From Candidatus Buchananbacteria bacterium (GTDB lineage Bacteria > Patescibacteriota > Patescibacteriia > 2-01-FULL-39-33), in assembly GCA_903863425.1 (NCBI GenBank), contig CAIPBY010000012.1, positions 1-38,539 on the forward strand: a stretch of 38,539 nucleotides of DNA, read 5' to 3'. The translations under genes and the position numbers were made by a program. Of the stretch, positions 9,685 to 18,403 are shown piece after piece; the first letter of the stretch is position 1; the number at the start of each line of letters is the position of its first letter. The notes beneath the pieces are model-generated. The model made no database searches. It saw nothing but the letters and a program-made list of their open reading frames with translations, and was not told the DNA's origin.

Positions 9685-9842
9685 GTTATAAAGTTAAAAG
9701 TTATAAAGTTCATAAAGTTTTAGATAAAAGATATTGACTTTATTTAACTTATAATAATTAAATTATTTACTGATAGGGCGTCATAATGAAATAGATTTCT
9801 TTGAATTTACTTTATAACTTTATAACTTTTAACTTTATAAAC
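9685..9842 (+). repeat. AAGTTAT/ATAACTT-family fold-back element between nrdD and the glycyl-radical ORF
   Basis: Left arm gttataaagttaaaagttataaagttcataaagttt; right arm actttataactttataacttttaactttataaac. Confidence 0.85.
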
Positions 9843-9855
9843 TAAATATAACCAT

Positions 9856-10011
9856 ATGGAAGGTGAAAACAGACAGCAAAGGCAGGCGTGCGAAGTTTAT
9901 TCCCGCATCGTCGGCTACATTAGGCCCGTGGATCAATGGAATCCAGGCAAGCAATCAGAATTCGGGGACAGAACAACTTTCCAAGTCGGGGATTGCGGAT
10001 GCGGTAATTAA
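9856..10011 (+). CDS. Stand-alone NrdD glycyl-radical domain peptide (51 aa)
   Basis: MEGENRQQRQACEVYSRIVGYIRPVDQWNPGKQSEFGDR...DCGCGN; YSRIVGY..P...WN.GK..E...R matches the class III RNR Gly-radical signature; below the ORF-track cutoff. Confidence 0.9.
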   Translation: MEGENRQQRQACEVYSRIVGYIRPVDQWNPGKQSEFGDRTTFQVGDCGCGN

Positions 10012-10017
10012 TAAAGT

Positions 10018-10713
10018 ATGAAGATCGGGGGATTGCAACCAGTTACTATTTTGGATTATCCGCAAAAAGTGGCAGCGATTTTATTCACCGCAGGGTGCAA
10101 TATGCGCTGTCCTTTTTGTCATAATCCGGATTTGGTAATTCCGGAAAATATAGAGAAGTCCCATCTTTTGGATGAGAGTGAGCTTCTGACGTATTTGCAA
10201 AAAAGAAAGAAATATCTTGACGGCTTAGTTATAACCGGAGGAGAGCCAACTATGCAACCGGATATTATTGATTTTTGCCGGAAGGTGCATGAGATGGGTT
10301 ATGCCATTAAGCTGGATACTAACGGCCTGATGCCCGAAGTGCTAGAGAAATTATTGGAAGAAAAATTATTGGATTATCTGGCCATGGATCTTAAAGGCCC
10401 TGTGGATAAGTATGAGAAATTTTGCGGTATCAAGGCGGATTGTGATAAAATAAATAAAAGCATTAAGATCGTTAAGGACAGCGGTTTGCCATATGAGTTT
10501 CGCAGTACCCTGGTCAAGGGCTTGCATGACAAAGGTGATGTAGCGGAGATGGCTAAGGCAATCAAGGGAGCGAAATTGTATTATTTGCAGAATTTTAATT
10601 TTCAAGATAGGCTAGTTGATAGCGGTTTTTCGGGAAAGAGTTTTTTAGTCAAGGAGATTGAAAATTTGGCTAAGATAGTCCAAGAATTCATTAAAAATTG
10701 TAAAATAAGATAA
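10018..10713 (+). CDS. nrdG: Class III RNR activating enzyme (radical SAM)
   Basis: GCNMRCPFCHN CxxxCxxC, TGGEP, LDTNG; follows the nrdD locus. Confidence 0.93.
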   Translation: MKIGGLQPVTILDYPQKVAAILFTAGCNMRCPFCHNPDLVIPENIEKSHLLDESELLTYLQKRKKYLDGLVITGGEPTMQPDIIDFCRKVHEMGYAIKLDTNGLMPEVLEKLLEEKLLDYLAMDLKGPVDKYEKFCGIKADCDKINKSIKIVKDSGLPYEFRSTLVKGLHDKGDVAEMAKAIKGAKLYYLQNFNFQDRLVDSGFSGKSFLVKEIENLAKIVQEFIKNCKIR

Positions 10714-10717
10714 AATT

Positions 10718-11041
10718 ATGGAAATCAAGCCTCAAAATAGCCCTGCGGAGCCTCTAGAAAAAGGGGAGAGCCGAAATATGGCAAGCGCTCAAAAAGAGGA
10801 AAAAAGCGAATTAATCAGATTGGCCAAGGAGAATTTGGATTATACAAAATTAATTTATGAAGATACACAGAAAATCAGAAGGTTTATGTTTTGGCGTTTG
10901 ATTATAAATATATTCTGGATTATTTTAGTCATAGCTCCGATTATTGTGTCTTTAATCTGGTTGCCATCATTACTCAAGAATTATTCCCAAATGTTTACGG
11001 GCGGACAAAGCATGGATGAAATTTTTAAAATGTTAAAATAA
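10718..11041 (+). CDS. Hypothetical single-pass membrane protein
   Basis: 107-aa ORF filling the gap between nrdG and prfB, one hydrophobic helix. Confidence 0.7.
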   Translation: MEIKPQNSPAEPLEKGESRNMASAQKEEKSELIRLAKENLDYTKLIYEDTQKIRRFMFWRLIINIFWIILVIAPIIVSLIWLPSLLKNYSQMFTGGQSMDEIFKMLK

Positions 11042-11042
11042 A

Positions 11043-12138
11043 ATGGAAAATTTAATCGAAAAAATTAAAGATCTGCAAGATCAAGTCTCTAGAGTCTGGG
11101 GGTTACTTTGACTTGGATTCTATAAAAATTTCTGTCGCTGAATTGGAAGGGGAAATGGCTAAGGGTGATTTTTGGTCTGATCAAGAACATGCCAAGGCAG
11201 TTTCCCAGAAATACGAAAATTTTAAGTCAGAATTGAGTGAGTGGCAGAATCTTCAGAGCGAAGTCACTGAGTTAGGGAATTTGGCGTCAATTTCCGATGA
11301 TGATGGAGAGATGCAAGAAGAAATCAGCTCAAAGTTGATTAAGCAAGAAGCGCAATTCCGTAAGATGGAATTCGCTGTTTTGTTTTCCGGCAATCACGAT
11401 CGAGGTGATGCTATTATCGCTATCCATGCCGGTACCGGAGGCGTCGATGCGCAAGACTGGGCGCAAATTTTGATGCGCATGTACTTAAGATTTTGTGAAC
11501 GGCACAAATTAAAAACCAAAATTATTGATGAAACTCCGGGCGCGGAAGCGGGACTTAAAAGCGTGGTTATAGAAATAACTGGACCATTCGCTTATGGCTG
11601 GTTAAGATCAGAAAACGGCGTGCATCGATTGGTGCGCATCTCGCCCTTCGACGGAGAGAAAATGCGACATACATCTTTTGCGTTGGTGGAGGTGCTTCCA
11701 GCCATGGAAGAGGCGAAGGTGGTTGAACTCAAAGATGATGATTTAAAAATTGATGTGATGCGAGCCGGCGGACATGGCGGGCAGAGTGTTAATACTACAG
11801 ATTCAGCCGTGCGGGTTACTCATTTGCCGACTGGAATCGTGGTCAAGTGCCAGAACGAGAGATCGCAATTGCAGAACAAGCAGAATGCCATTAAAATTAT
11901 TAAAGCTAAGTTGCTTAAACTTCACGAGGAGCAAGAAGGGGAAAAGTTGCAAGAGATAAAAGGCGAATATCTCAAGGCGCAGTGGAGTAATCAATCGAGG
12001 TCATATGTGATGCAACCGTATAAATTAGTCAAAGACCATAGGACTGACTATGAGACGCAGGAAATTGATCGCGTGTTGGAGGGAGAATTTGATGATTTTG
12101 TGGAAAGTTATTTGAGAGAGAAAATTGATAAGAAGTAA
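11043..12138 (+). CDS. prfB: Peptide chain release factor 2 (+1 programmed frameshift)
   Basis: 22-codon ORF from ATG 11043 ends CTT TGA C; +1 frame has SPF and GGQ motifs. Confidence 0.95.
11098..11112 (+). promoter_or_regulatory. prfB +1 frameshift site
   Basis: GGGGG-TTA-CTT-TGA-C: internal SD-like run 3 nt before the canonical CTT TGA C slippery site. Confidence 0.9.
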
Positions 12139-12146
12139 TAAATTAA

Positions 12147-13796
12147 ATGAATTTCAGGAGGGAATTCAATTTACATAAGTCACAGATTTTTGGCATAGCC
12201 ATGATTTGCGTCCTTTTGGGCACGGCTCTTGGCAATTTCGTAAGCATCAATCCATTTATAATATTTTGTTTGCTATTAATTTCAGCTCTTGGGCTGATTT
12301 TTTTTATTTCCCCTCCTTTCCAAGGAGGGGTTAGGCCTGCCCGCATTGCTATGCAAAGCATTGCAGGCGGGGGTGGTTTGCCGTTGTTTTCAGAAATCTC
12401 CGGCAACCCCCTCTCCGCTTCGCTACGCTCCCCCTTGGAAAGGGGGAGAAAAATACTTAAATTCTTTTTCCTCCTTTCCTTTTGTTTTCTCCTCGGCCTT
12501 TTTCGTTATCAAATCAGTTTACCGAACTACAGTGATGCCAATAAAATTTACTATTATAATAATGAAAAAGTGAATTTTGTTGGCGTGGTCACCAAAGTGG
12601 ATAAGCGGATTAGTTATCAAAAATTAACCATTAACTCTCAGGAATTAATTCTGGGTAAAAAATCGCAAGATGTCAGTGGTAAAGTATTAATGAATCAAAA
12701 ATTATATCCGGTTTATAATTACGGAGATAAATTGGAGATTTACTGCACGCTGGCCAAGCCGGAAAAGATTGAGGATTTTGATTATGATAAGTATCTGGCG
12801 CGCTACAATATCTATTCGCTTTGTCCTTTTGGAGATATCGGGATAGTCGGTCGTAATGAGGGTAATTGGTTCATGGCTCAAATTTTAAATTTGAAAAAGA
12901 AAATGTCGCAAGGTCTTAATTTGTCGATCAATGAGCCCGAAGCGTCTTTGATGCAAGGTATGATTCTGGGAGACACGGGATCTATTTCTGCAGATTGGAG
13001 TCAAAAGTTTTCTGATCTGGGGATAACTCATATTATTGCGGTTTCCGGTTCGCATATGGTGGTTATCTCAGCCATGTTTATGTTTGTGGCTATTGCTTTG
13101 GGTCTTGGACGTAAACGAGCTTTTTGGTTTGCGAGTATTGGTATCGCGATTTATACTATCATGATTGGCATGCCATCTTCGGCCGTGAGATCGGCTATTA
13201 TGGGCATTATGTTTCTTTATGCTCAGAAAATAGGCCGTCCTGGTTCGGCCGGTAATTTGATTCTGCTCTCTGCGGTAGTTATGGTACTGGTTAATCCCAA
13301 AGTATTATTGTTTGATGCGGGATTCCAATTATCGTTTATGGCGGTGGTGGGCTTGGTATATTTTTTGCCTATATTAGAAAAATATCTTCGCAGAATTCCG
13401 AATGCGGGGCAGTTGAAAGAGATGGCACTTACAACTGTGGCGGCCGAGTTGGCGACTTTACCTTTGCTTATTTATTATTTTCAAAAAATTTCCCTGATTT
13501 CTATCTTGGCCAATATGCTGATTCTCCCCATTATTCCGGCACTGATGATTTTGGGTTTTGTTAATGCGGTAGTTAGTCTTTTATTTTTACCCTTAGCCAG
13601 AGTAGTTGGTTTGGTTAATTGGCTTTTGGCGCTTTATTGGCTCAAAGTTACGGATATTTTGCATGCCTTACCCTATGGATTTTTTAATGTGAAGATAAAT
13701 ATTTGGGGATTATTAATTATGTATTTAGTAATTTTTGCTTTGAGATTTTGGTTTAGCCGTAAGCGTAATTCCTTGACAGAGAAAAATGTGGTATAA
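12147..13796 (+). CDS. comEC: ComEC/Rec2 competence protein (membrane part, no MBL domain)
   Basis: THIIAVSGSH, RSAIM, GFQLSF, ANMLILP motifs; many TM helices. Confidence 0.92.
   Translation: MNFRREFNLHKSQIFGIAMICVLLGTALGNFVSINPFIIFCLLLISALGLIFFISPPFQGGVRPARIAMQSIAGGGGLPLFSEISGNPLSASLRSPLERGRKILKFFFLLSFCFLLGLFRYQISLPNYSDANKIYYYNNEKVNFVGVVTKVDKRISYQKLTINSQELILGKKSQDVSGKVLMNQKLYPVYNYGDKLEIYCTLAKPEKIEDFDYDKYLARYNIYSLCPFGDIGIVGRNEGNWFMAQILNLKKKMSQGLNLSINEPEASLMQGMILGDTGSISADWSQKFSDLGITHIIAVSGSHMVVISAMFMFVAIALGLGRKRAFWFASIGIAIYTIMIGMPSSAVRSAIMGIMFLYAQKIGRPGSAGNLILLSAVVMVLVNPKVLLFDAGFQLSFMAVVGLVYFLPILEKYLRRIPNAGQLKEMALTTVAAELATLPLLIYYFQKISLISILANMLILPIIPALMILGFVNAVVSLLFLPLARVVGLVNWLLALYWLKVTDILHALPYGFFNVKINIWGLLIMYLVIFALRFWFSRKRNSLTEKNVV
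12308..12450. repeat. GC-rich palindromic element inside comEC, with a nested 36-bp hairpin (12336-12371)
   Basis: Terminal IR 12308-12327/12431-12450 (17/20 match); CCCCTCCTT-tcc-AAGGAGGGG palindrome; reading frame stays open. Confidence 0.75.
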
Positions 13797-13797
13797 T
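13787..13797 (+). promoter_or_regulatory. Extended -10 promoter
   Basis: TGTG-G-TATAAT, 27 nt before ATG 13825. Confidence 0.5.
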
Positions 13798-13824
13798 AAT
13801 AATTAAGAATTTAAATTAAAAAAT

Positions 13825-14892
13825 ATGAGAAAAATATTTTTGGGGTTGGCATTCATGGCTCTATGTCTTTTGGCAGTTCATACCGCTCAAGCGGTCTATG
13901 TTCCTATGTCCGGGGATATTATTAAATTAGCCAATAGGCCGGCTTTGTATTATATTGACGATTATAATGCCAGGCATCTTTTCCCGAATTCTGCTACTTT
14001 TTGGACTTGGTATATCGGAATCTGGAAAGATCAGAAGATAAAAGTCGTTCCTCAAGTCGATTTTGATAATCTTGATGTCGGTAAAAATGTTACCGCCAGA
14101 CCTGGAACAGGTCTTGTCCAATTTGATAATGCCAATAAGGTTTATGCCCTGACTCCCGGAGCTGTCTTGTGCGAAGTCAGAGCACTTTATGGCGACAATT
14201 GGCAATCGTATGTTATCCCTATCCAAGATTCATTTGAAAGCGATTATTTCAAGAATTCCGCTTGCAATATTATCTCCACCTCCAAATATCCCGATGGCAG
14301 TATCATCCAATATGCGGGCGCCAAAGACATTTGGTATATTAGCGGAGGCAAGAAAAGGCAATTCACCGGCAATAGCTTCATAGCCAATAATTTTAAGGAT
14401 AGTTATGTAATCAAGAATGTTCCTGCTACCATCTCGTATTCTGCTGGTACCAGTATTTCCGGATCAGAAGCGGGATTTACGGTTGGTCCGACAGTTAATA
14501 TTTCCTCGAATCCCAATAATAGTTCTGCTTCTAGTAGCGTGGATTTGGCCGTAATGGATATTATTACGCCTACAAGCAAGATTTATAAAGGAAACGTTAT
14601 TGATGTTCAGGTGGTGGTCAAGAACTTGGGAGCGAATCTGACCAGTGGCAAGGGATTAGATGGGGCGGTTTTGACGGCTACGGACTGGGTGACAGATAAT
14701 ATTTCCCATGCTGATTTTCCTTCGACAGTTAGTCCATTTAAGACCGGTCAATTGTTTACCATCGATTATCGAGGCAGATTTCTTAATATAGGTGATAAGA
14801 CTATAACCGTCAAGATGGATACTGGAGGAGAGCTTGTAGAATCCAATGAGAATAATAATACTTTTTCCAAGAAGATTACGGTGAGCAATTAA
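13825..14892 (+). CDS. Secreted protein with C-terminal CARDB-like domain
   Basis: Signal peptide (..TAQA); DLAVMDI..VKNLG..D....LVESNENNN Ig-like signature. Confidence 0.75.
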   Translation: MRKIFLGLAFMALCLLAVHTAQAVYVPMSGDIIKLANRPALYYIDDYNARHLFPNSATFWTWYIGIWKDQKIKVVPQVDFDNLDVGKNVTARPGTGLVQFDNANKVYALTPGAVLCEVRALYGDNWQSYVIPIQDSFESDYFKNSACNIISTSKYPDGSIIQYAGAKDIWYISGGKKRQFTGNSFIANNFKDSYVIKNVPATISYSAGTSISGSEAGFTVGPTVNISSNPNNSSASSSVDLAVMDIITPTSKIYKGNVIDVQVVVKNLGANLTSGKGLDGAVLTATDWVTDNISHADFPSTVSPFKTGQLFTIDYRGRFLNIGDKTITVKMDTGGELVESNENNNTFSKKITVSN

Positions 14893-14901
14893 AAATTTTT
14901 A

Positions 14902-15020
14902 CTCCTACAAATTACGAATCTGTTACAAATATATAAATTTTTGCTTTCAGGTTAATTTTTGGCTGGAATGTTTTTTGCAAATATTTGTATATTTGTTATT
15001 TTATTTGTAATTTGTAGGAG
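14902..15020. repeat. Long intergenic inverted repeat of ACAAAT/ATTTGT units
   Basis: CTCCTACAAATTAC (14902-14915) is the exact reverse complement of 15007-15020; inner ACAAATATA/TATATTTGT also pair. Confidence 0.8.
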
Positions 15021-15032
15021 CATAATTAATCC

Positions 15033-15941
15033 ATGTCCAAAAATAAATTTTCAAAATATTTTCTTTTTGTCTTGCTGGGAGCGGTTTGTTTGTCTGTGGT
15101 TGCCATAATCCAAACCAACACCGGCTCAATCGGCAAAGTGAAAGGGGATTTTGCAGTTGGAGACGCTGGAAAACTGAAAGTGATATTTTTTGATGTGGGC
15201 CAAGGTGATGCCAGCTTGATAATCACGCCAGGAGGAGAAAAGATTTTGACTGATGGCGGACCTGACAATACCGTAATTCGCAAATTAGGTGAATATTTGC
15301 CTTATTATGACAAAAAAATTGATTATATTATTCTAAGTCACCCCCACGCCGATCACGTCACAGGATTGGATGAGGTTTTGCGTAGATATCAAGTGGGAAA
15401 AGTGATAACGACTGGAATTTTGCATACAGCTCCGGATTATTTGGAATTTTTGGACTTAATCAAGCAGAAGAATATTCCCGTGGAAATTATTGATAGTCGC
15501 GAAGGTATAGAGCTGGACTCGGGAGCGAGAATAGATTTTCTGTATCCGGATAAAAGTTTTGCTGGGACAAAAATGGAGAATTTAAATAATGGCTCCATTG
15601 CTTATAAATTATCTTATGCGAGTACAACTTACTTATTTATGGGAGATTTGGAAAATGAGGAGTATTTATCTTCAACAACTCCCTTAATTCTCAAGTCTGA
15701 TGTGCTCAAAGTCGGACACCACGGATCGGCTAATGCCAATGATAAGGAGTTTTTGAAATTAGTCAGTCCTAATTTTGCCATCATATCAGTCGGAGCAAGT
15801 AATACTTATGGTTTGCCCGGCTTTCGGACACTTCATGAGTTGGGGCAGGATGGAGCCCAAATATTTCGAACTGATGAAGGTGGCGATATTGAATGTGTAA
15901 GCGATGGTATGCGCGCAAATTGCACGAAGCTTGCCAAATAA
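15033..15941 (+). CDS. ComEC-type metallo-beta-lactamase fold hydrolase (stand-alone)
   Basis: DVGQGD, SHPHADHVTG, MGD, KVGHHGS, FRTD..G motifs; N-terminal TM. Confidence 0.9.
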   Translation: MSKNKFSKYFLFVLLGAVCLSVVAIIQTNTGSIGKVKGDFAVGDAGKLKVIFFDVGQGDASLIITPGGEKILTDGGPDNTVIRKLGEYLPYYDKKIDYIILSHPHADHVTGLDEVLRRYQVGKVITTGILHTAPDYLEFLDLIKQKNIPVEIIDSREGIELDSGARIDFLYPDKSFAGTKMENLNNGSIAYKLSYASTTYLFMGDLENEEYLSSTTPLILKSDVLKVGHHGSANANDKEFLKLVSPNFAIISVGASNTYGLPGFRTLHELGQDGAQIFRTDEGGDIECVSDGMRANCTKLAK

Positions 15942-15959
15942 CAGTTAATTTGCTAAACT
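15931..15959 (+). promoter_or_regulatory. Putative sigma70 promoter of the receiver gene
   Basis: TTGCCA, 17 nt, TAAACT with extended TG. Confidence 0.5.
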
Positions 15960-16015
15960 TTATTCAAGTTGAGAACATAAGAAATCTCATTTTATTTTTC
16001 TAATAATTTATAATT

Positions 16016-16393
16016 ATGAGCGATAAAAAACGCAAAATTTTGCTAGTTGAGGATGACAGCATGATTGTGGAAATGTATAAATTACGTTTTGAGGAGGAAG
16101 GATTTGAGGTGACAGTGACTGACAAGGGAAGCGAGGCCATAAAATTAGCAGAAAGTTTGAAGCCAGACATTATTCTGCTCGATATAATTCTGCCGGAAGT
16201 CGATGGGTTCAATATTTTGCAGACCCTGAAATCAGATGCCAACACCAAGGACTTGCCGATTTTACTACTAACTAATTTAGCTCAGGAATCTGACAAGGAA
16301 AGGGCTATGGCTATGGGAGCAAATGATTATTTTGTGAAGTCACAGCATACTCCCTCAGATGTTTTGCAAAAAGTAATGGAATTAATAAAATAA
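16016..16393 (+). CDS. Single-domain response regulator receiver protein
   Basis: ILLVEDD, LLDIILP, LLT, GANDYFVK. Confidence 0.93.
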   Translation: MSDKKRKILLVEDDSMIVEMYKLRFEEEGFEVTVTDKGSEAIKLAESLKPDIILLDIILPEVDGFNILQTLKSDANTKDLPILLLTNLAQESDKERAMAMGANDYFVKSQHTPSDVLQKVMELIK

Positions 16394-16398
16394 AAGAC

Positions 16399-17472
16399 AT
16401 GGAAACCAACATTGACTATTTTTTGATGAAGACAAAGGTGGAAGGATTGGATAAGAAATTTGATCTTTCCGATATTGATTCTCGAAAGGAGTATTTCGAG
16501 GCCAAAGCCGGTGACGAGATCAAGAAGTTAAAGGAATTTTTTGAAACCAACACCTTTATTGCCTATTTGCTCGGCAAGAAGAATTCCGGCAAAGGAACTT
16601 ACACTAAGTTGCTTGCGGAAATTTTTGGCAAGGACAAAATCGGCCACATCTCGGTGGGAGATATTGTCCGAGCTATTCACGCCGATATGGAAGACCCGAT
16701 CAAAAAGCAGGAGTTGCTTGATTATTTGAAAGCCAATTATCGAGGCTATATGTCGTTTGATGATGCGGTTAATGCGCTTCTTGGGCGTGATACCAAAACC
16801 TTGCTTCCCTCGGAATTCATTCTGGCTTTGCTTCAGAAAGAAATTGATAAAAGGCCGAAATCATCACTATTTATCGATGGTTTTCCTCGAGATTTGGATC
16901 AGATTTCTTATTCCCTTTTTTTCCGCAATTTGATTAATTACAGACAGGATCCAGATGTGTTTGTAGCCATTAACATCCCTGAAGCGGTTATTGATGAGAG
17001 AATGAAGAACAGGGTAGTCTGTCCGATTTGCAAAACTCCAAGAAGTTTGAAATTGTTAGCGACCAAGGAAGTGGGATTTGACCAGGAGAAAAAGGAATAT
17101 TATTTGAAATGCGATAATCCAGAATGTAATGGCGTCAAAATGGTAGGCAAAGAAGGTGATAGCATGGGCATTGAATCCATCAGAGATAGATTAGAATTAG
17201 ATCAGAAATTAATTGATAAGATCATGGAACTCCATGGCGTGCCCAAGATTTTGCTTCGCAATGCGCTTCCAGTGGCTATGGCTCATGATTTGATTGATGA
17301 TTATGAAATCACCCCAGAGTATAGCTATGAATTAGCCGAGGATGGTAAAGTGCTCACGCACGAAAAACCATGGGCTACCAAGGATGATGAAGGTAATGAG
17401 GCTTATAGTTTGATGGCACCGGCGGTGGTTGTTTCTTGGTTGAAGCAGTTGGTGAAGGCGTTTGAATTATAA
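16399..17472 (+). CDS. Divergent adenylate-kinase-family nucleoside monophosphate kinase
   Basis: P-loop GKKNSGKGT, HISVGDIVR, IDGFPR, Cys lid CPIC..CDNPEC. Confidence 0.8.
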   Translation: METNIDYFLMKTKVEGLDKKFDLSDIDSRKEYFEAKAGDEIKKLKEFFETNTFIAYLLGKKNSGKGTYTKLLAEIFGKDKIGHISVGDIVRAIHADMEDPIKKQELLDYLKANYRGYMSFDDAVNALLGRDTKTLLPSEFILALLQKEIDKRPKSSLFIDGFPRDLDQISYSLFFRNLINYRQDPDVFVAINIPEAVIDERMKNRVVCPICKTPRSLKLLATKEVGFDQEKKEYYLKCDNPECNGVKMVGKEGDSMGIESIRDRLELDQKLIDKIMELHGVPKILLRNALPVAMAHDLIDDYEITPEYSYELAEDGKVLTHEKPWATKDDEGNEAYSLMAPAVVVSWLKQLVKAFEL

Positions 17473-17493
17473 AATATTTTTCTTTATCTCAAA

Positions 17494-17653
17494 CCCACCT
17501 TTTTAAAAAGGTGGGGCCAAAACGCAAGCGTACAAAATCATGGCCAAATTTTCCCTGCGCTCACTAAGCCACATGCGCCTCTGCTGAGGCTATATGCTGG
17601 CTATACACGCTCGCGCTTAGGGAAAATTGGCAACAATATTTTGTAATGCTTGC
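17494..17653 (+). repeat. Large structured GC-rich element A (22-bp palindrome plus long hairpin)
   Basis: CCCACCTTTTT|AAAAAGGTGGG; GCAAGCG-TACAAAAT/ATTTTGTA-TGCTTGC; GCCAAATTTTCCCT/AGGGAAAATTGGC. Confidence 0.7.
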
Positions 17654-17697
17654 AAGGGTGCGGGTACAAATACAAATTTAAATTTAATAAAAAAAAT

Positions 17698-17725
17698 AAT
17701 GCCCGGAACCTCACTCGCGGGCATT
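17698..17725 (-). terminator. Terminator-like hairpin downstream of orphan 17759-18277
   Basis: Minus strand AATGCCCG-C-GA..TC-CGGGCATT followed by a T run. Confidence 0.65.
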
Positions 17726-17758
17726 TTTGGTTGTGTTGATTGAATCGCAATCCCTTTT

Positions 17759-18277
17759 TTAAGGCGTGGGTTCGGTGGACGCTATTTCGTCCGGCCAGAC
17801 CCAGAAATCGCGGTCATCGGTGAACCACTTGAAGAATCGTTTCAGCTCGTCAATTCTTCTGCCGTAGCCGTTTTTACGCCCAAGCCGACATTCGTGTCTG
17901 GCATATTCGCCTGGAAAGCGATCCACCGTTCCAGCAAGAACGACGGCTGGTCCGCCAGGCATTGTATTGCTGGCGAAATGTTTTCCGATTGCTCGGATTC
18001 TCTTTTTCGCCTCTTGGCATAAGGGATCCTGGCAGATTTCCACATGTGCAGTGAATTTCGCTGCCAGTTCATTGGTGAAGCCGAATTTATTCGCGTGGTT
18101 GGCTTCAAGCCACTTTTTGGTTATGCGAAGCTCGAGGTCTTCTCCATCTGCGTTTTCGCCAATCAGAATCACGACCGTGTTCCAAAAGATATTGTGAAAC
18201 AAGTCAGCAAAGAGCCATCCTGCCGCACGCTTCATTCCCTTGGATATCTCTTCACAGGTATACTCACGTTCAGCCAT
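17759..18277 (-). CDS. Orphan hypothetical protein (172 aa)
   Basis: Own promoter, GGAGG SD and terminator; weak HxxxC..C similarity to Zn-binding anti-sigma motifs. Confidence 0.7.
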   Translation of the reverse strand: MAEREYTCEEISKGMKRAAGWLFADLFHNIFWNTVVILIGENADGEDLELRITKKWLEANHANKFGFTNELAAKFTAHVEICQDPLCQEAKKRIRAIGKHFASNTMPGGPAVVLAGTVDRFPGEYARHECRLGRKNGYGRRIDELKRFFKWFTDDRDFWVWPDEIASTEPTP

Positions 18278-18336
18278 TGGATTAATCCTCCATTGTTGTG
18301 GCCTCTTGTCAATAACTCCAAAATGAACATAAATAG

Positions 18337-18365
18337 AGAGTACTTAAAATTACATATTTTGTCAA
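18337..18365 (-). promoter_or_regulatory. Promoter of orphan 17759-18277
   Basis: TTGACA, 17 nt, TACTCT on the minus strand. Confidence 0.55.
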
Positions 18366-18403
18366 TATTTTTTAATCCAAATTACATAATAACTTAGCGG
18401 ATT

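Noticed and set aside
9661-9860. Read-through or frameshift joining nrdD to the Gly-radical ORF
   Set aside because: The 171-nt gap is full of TAA codons, and the small ORF has its own ATG in a typical start context
13773-13797. TTGACA/TATAAT as a -35/-10 pair
   Set aside because: Spacer is only 13 nt; kept only as an extended -10
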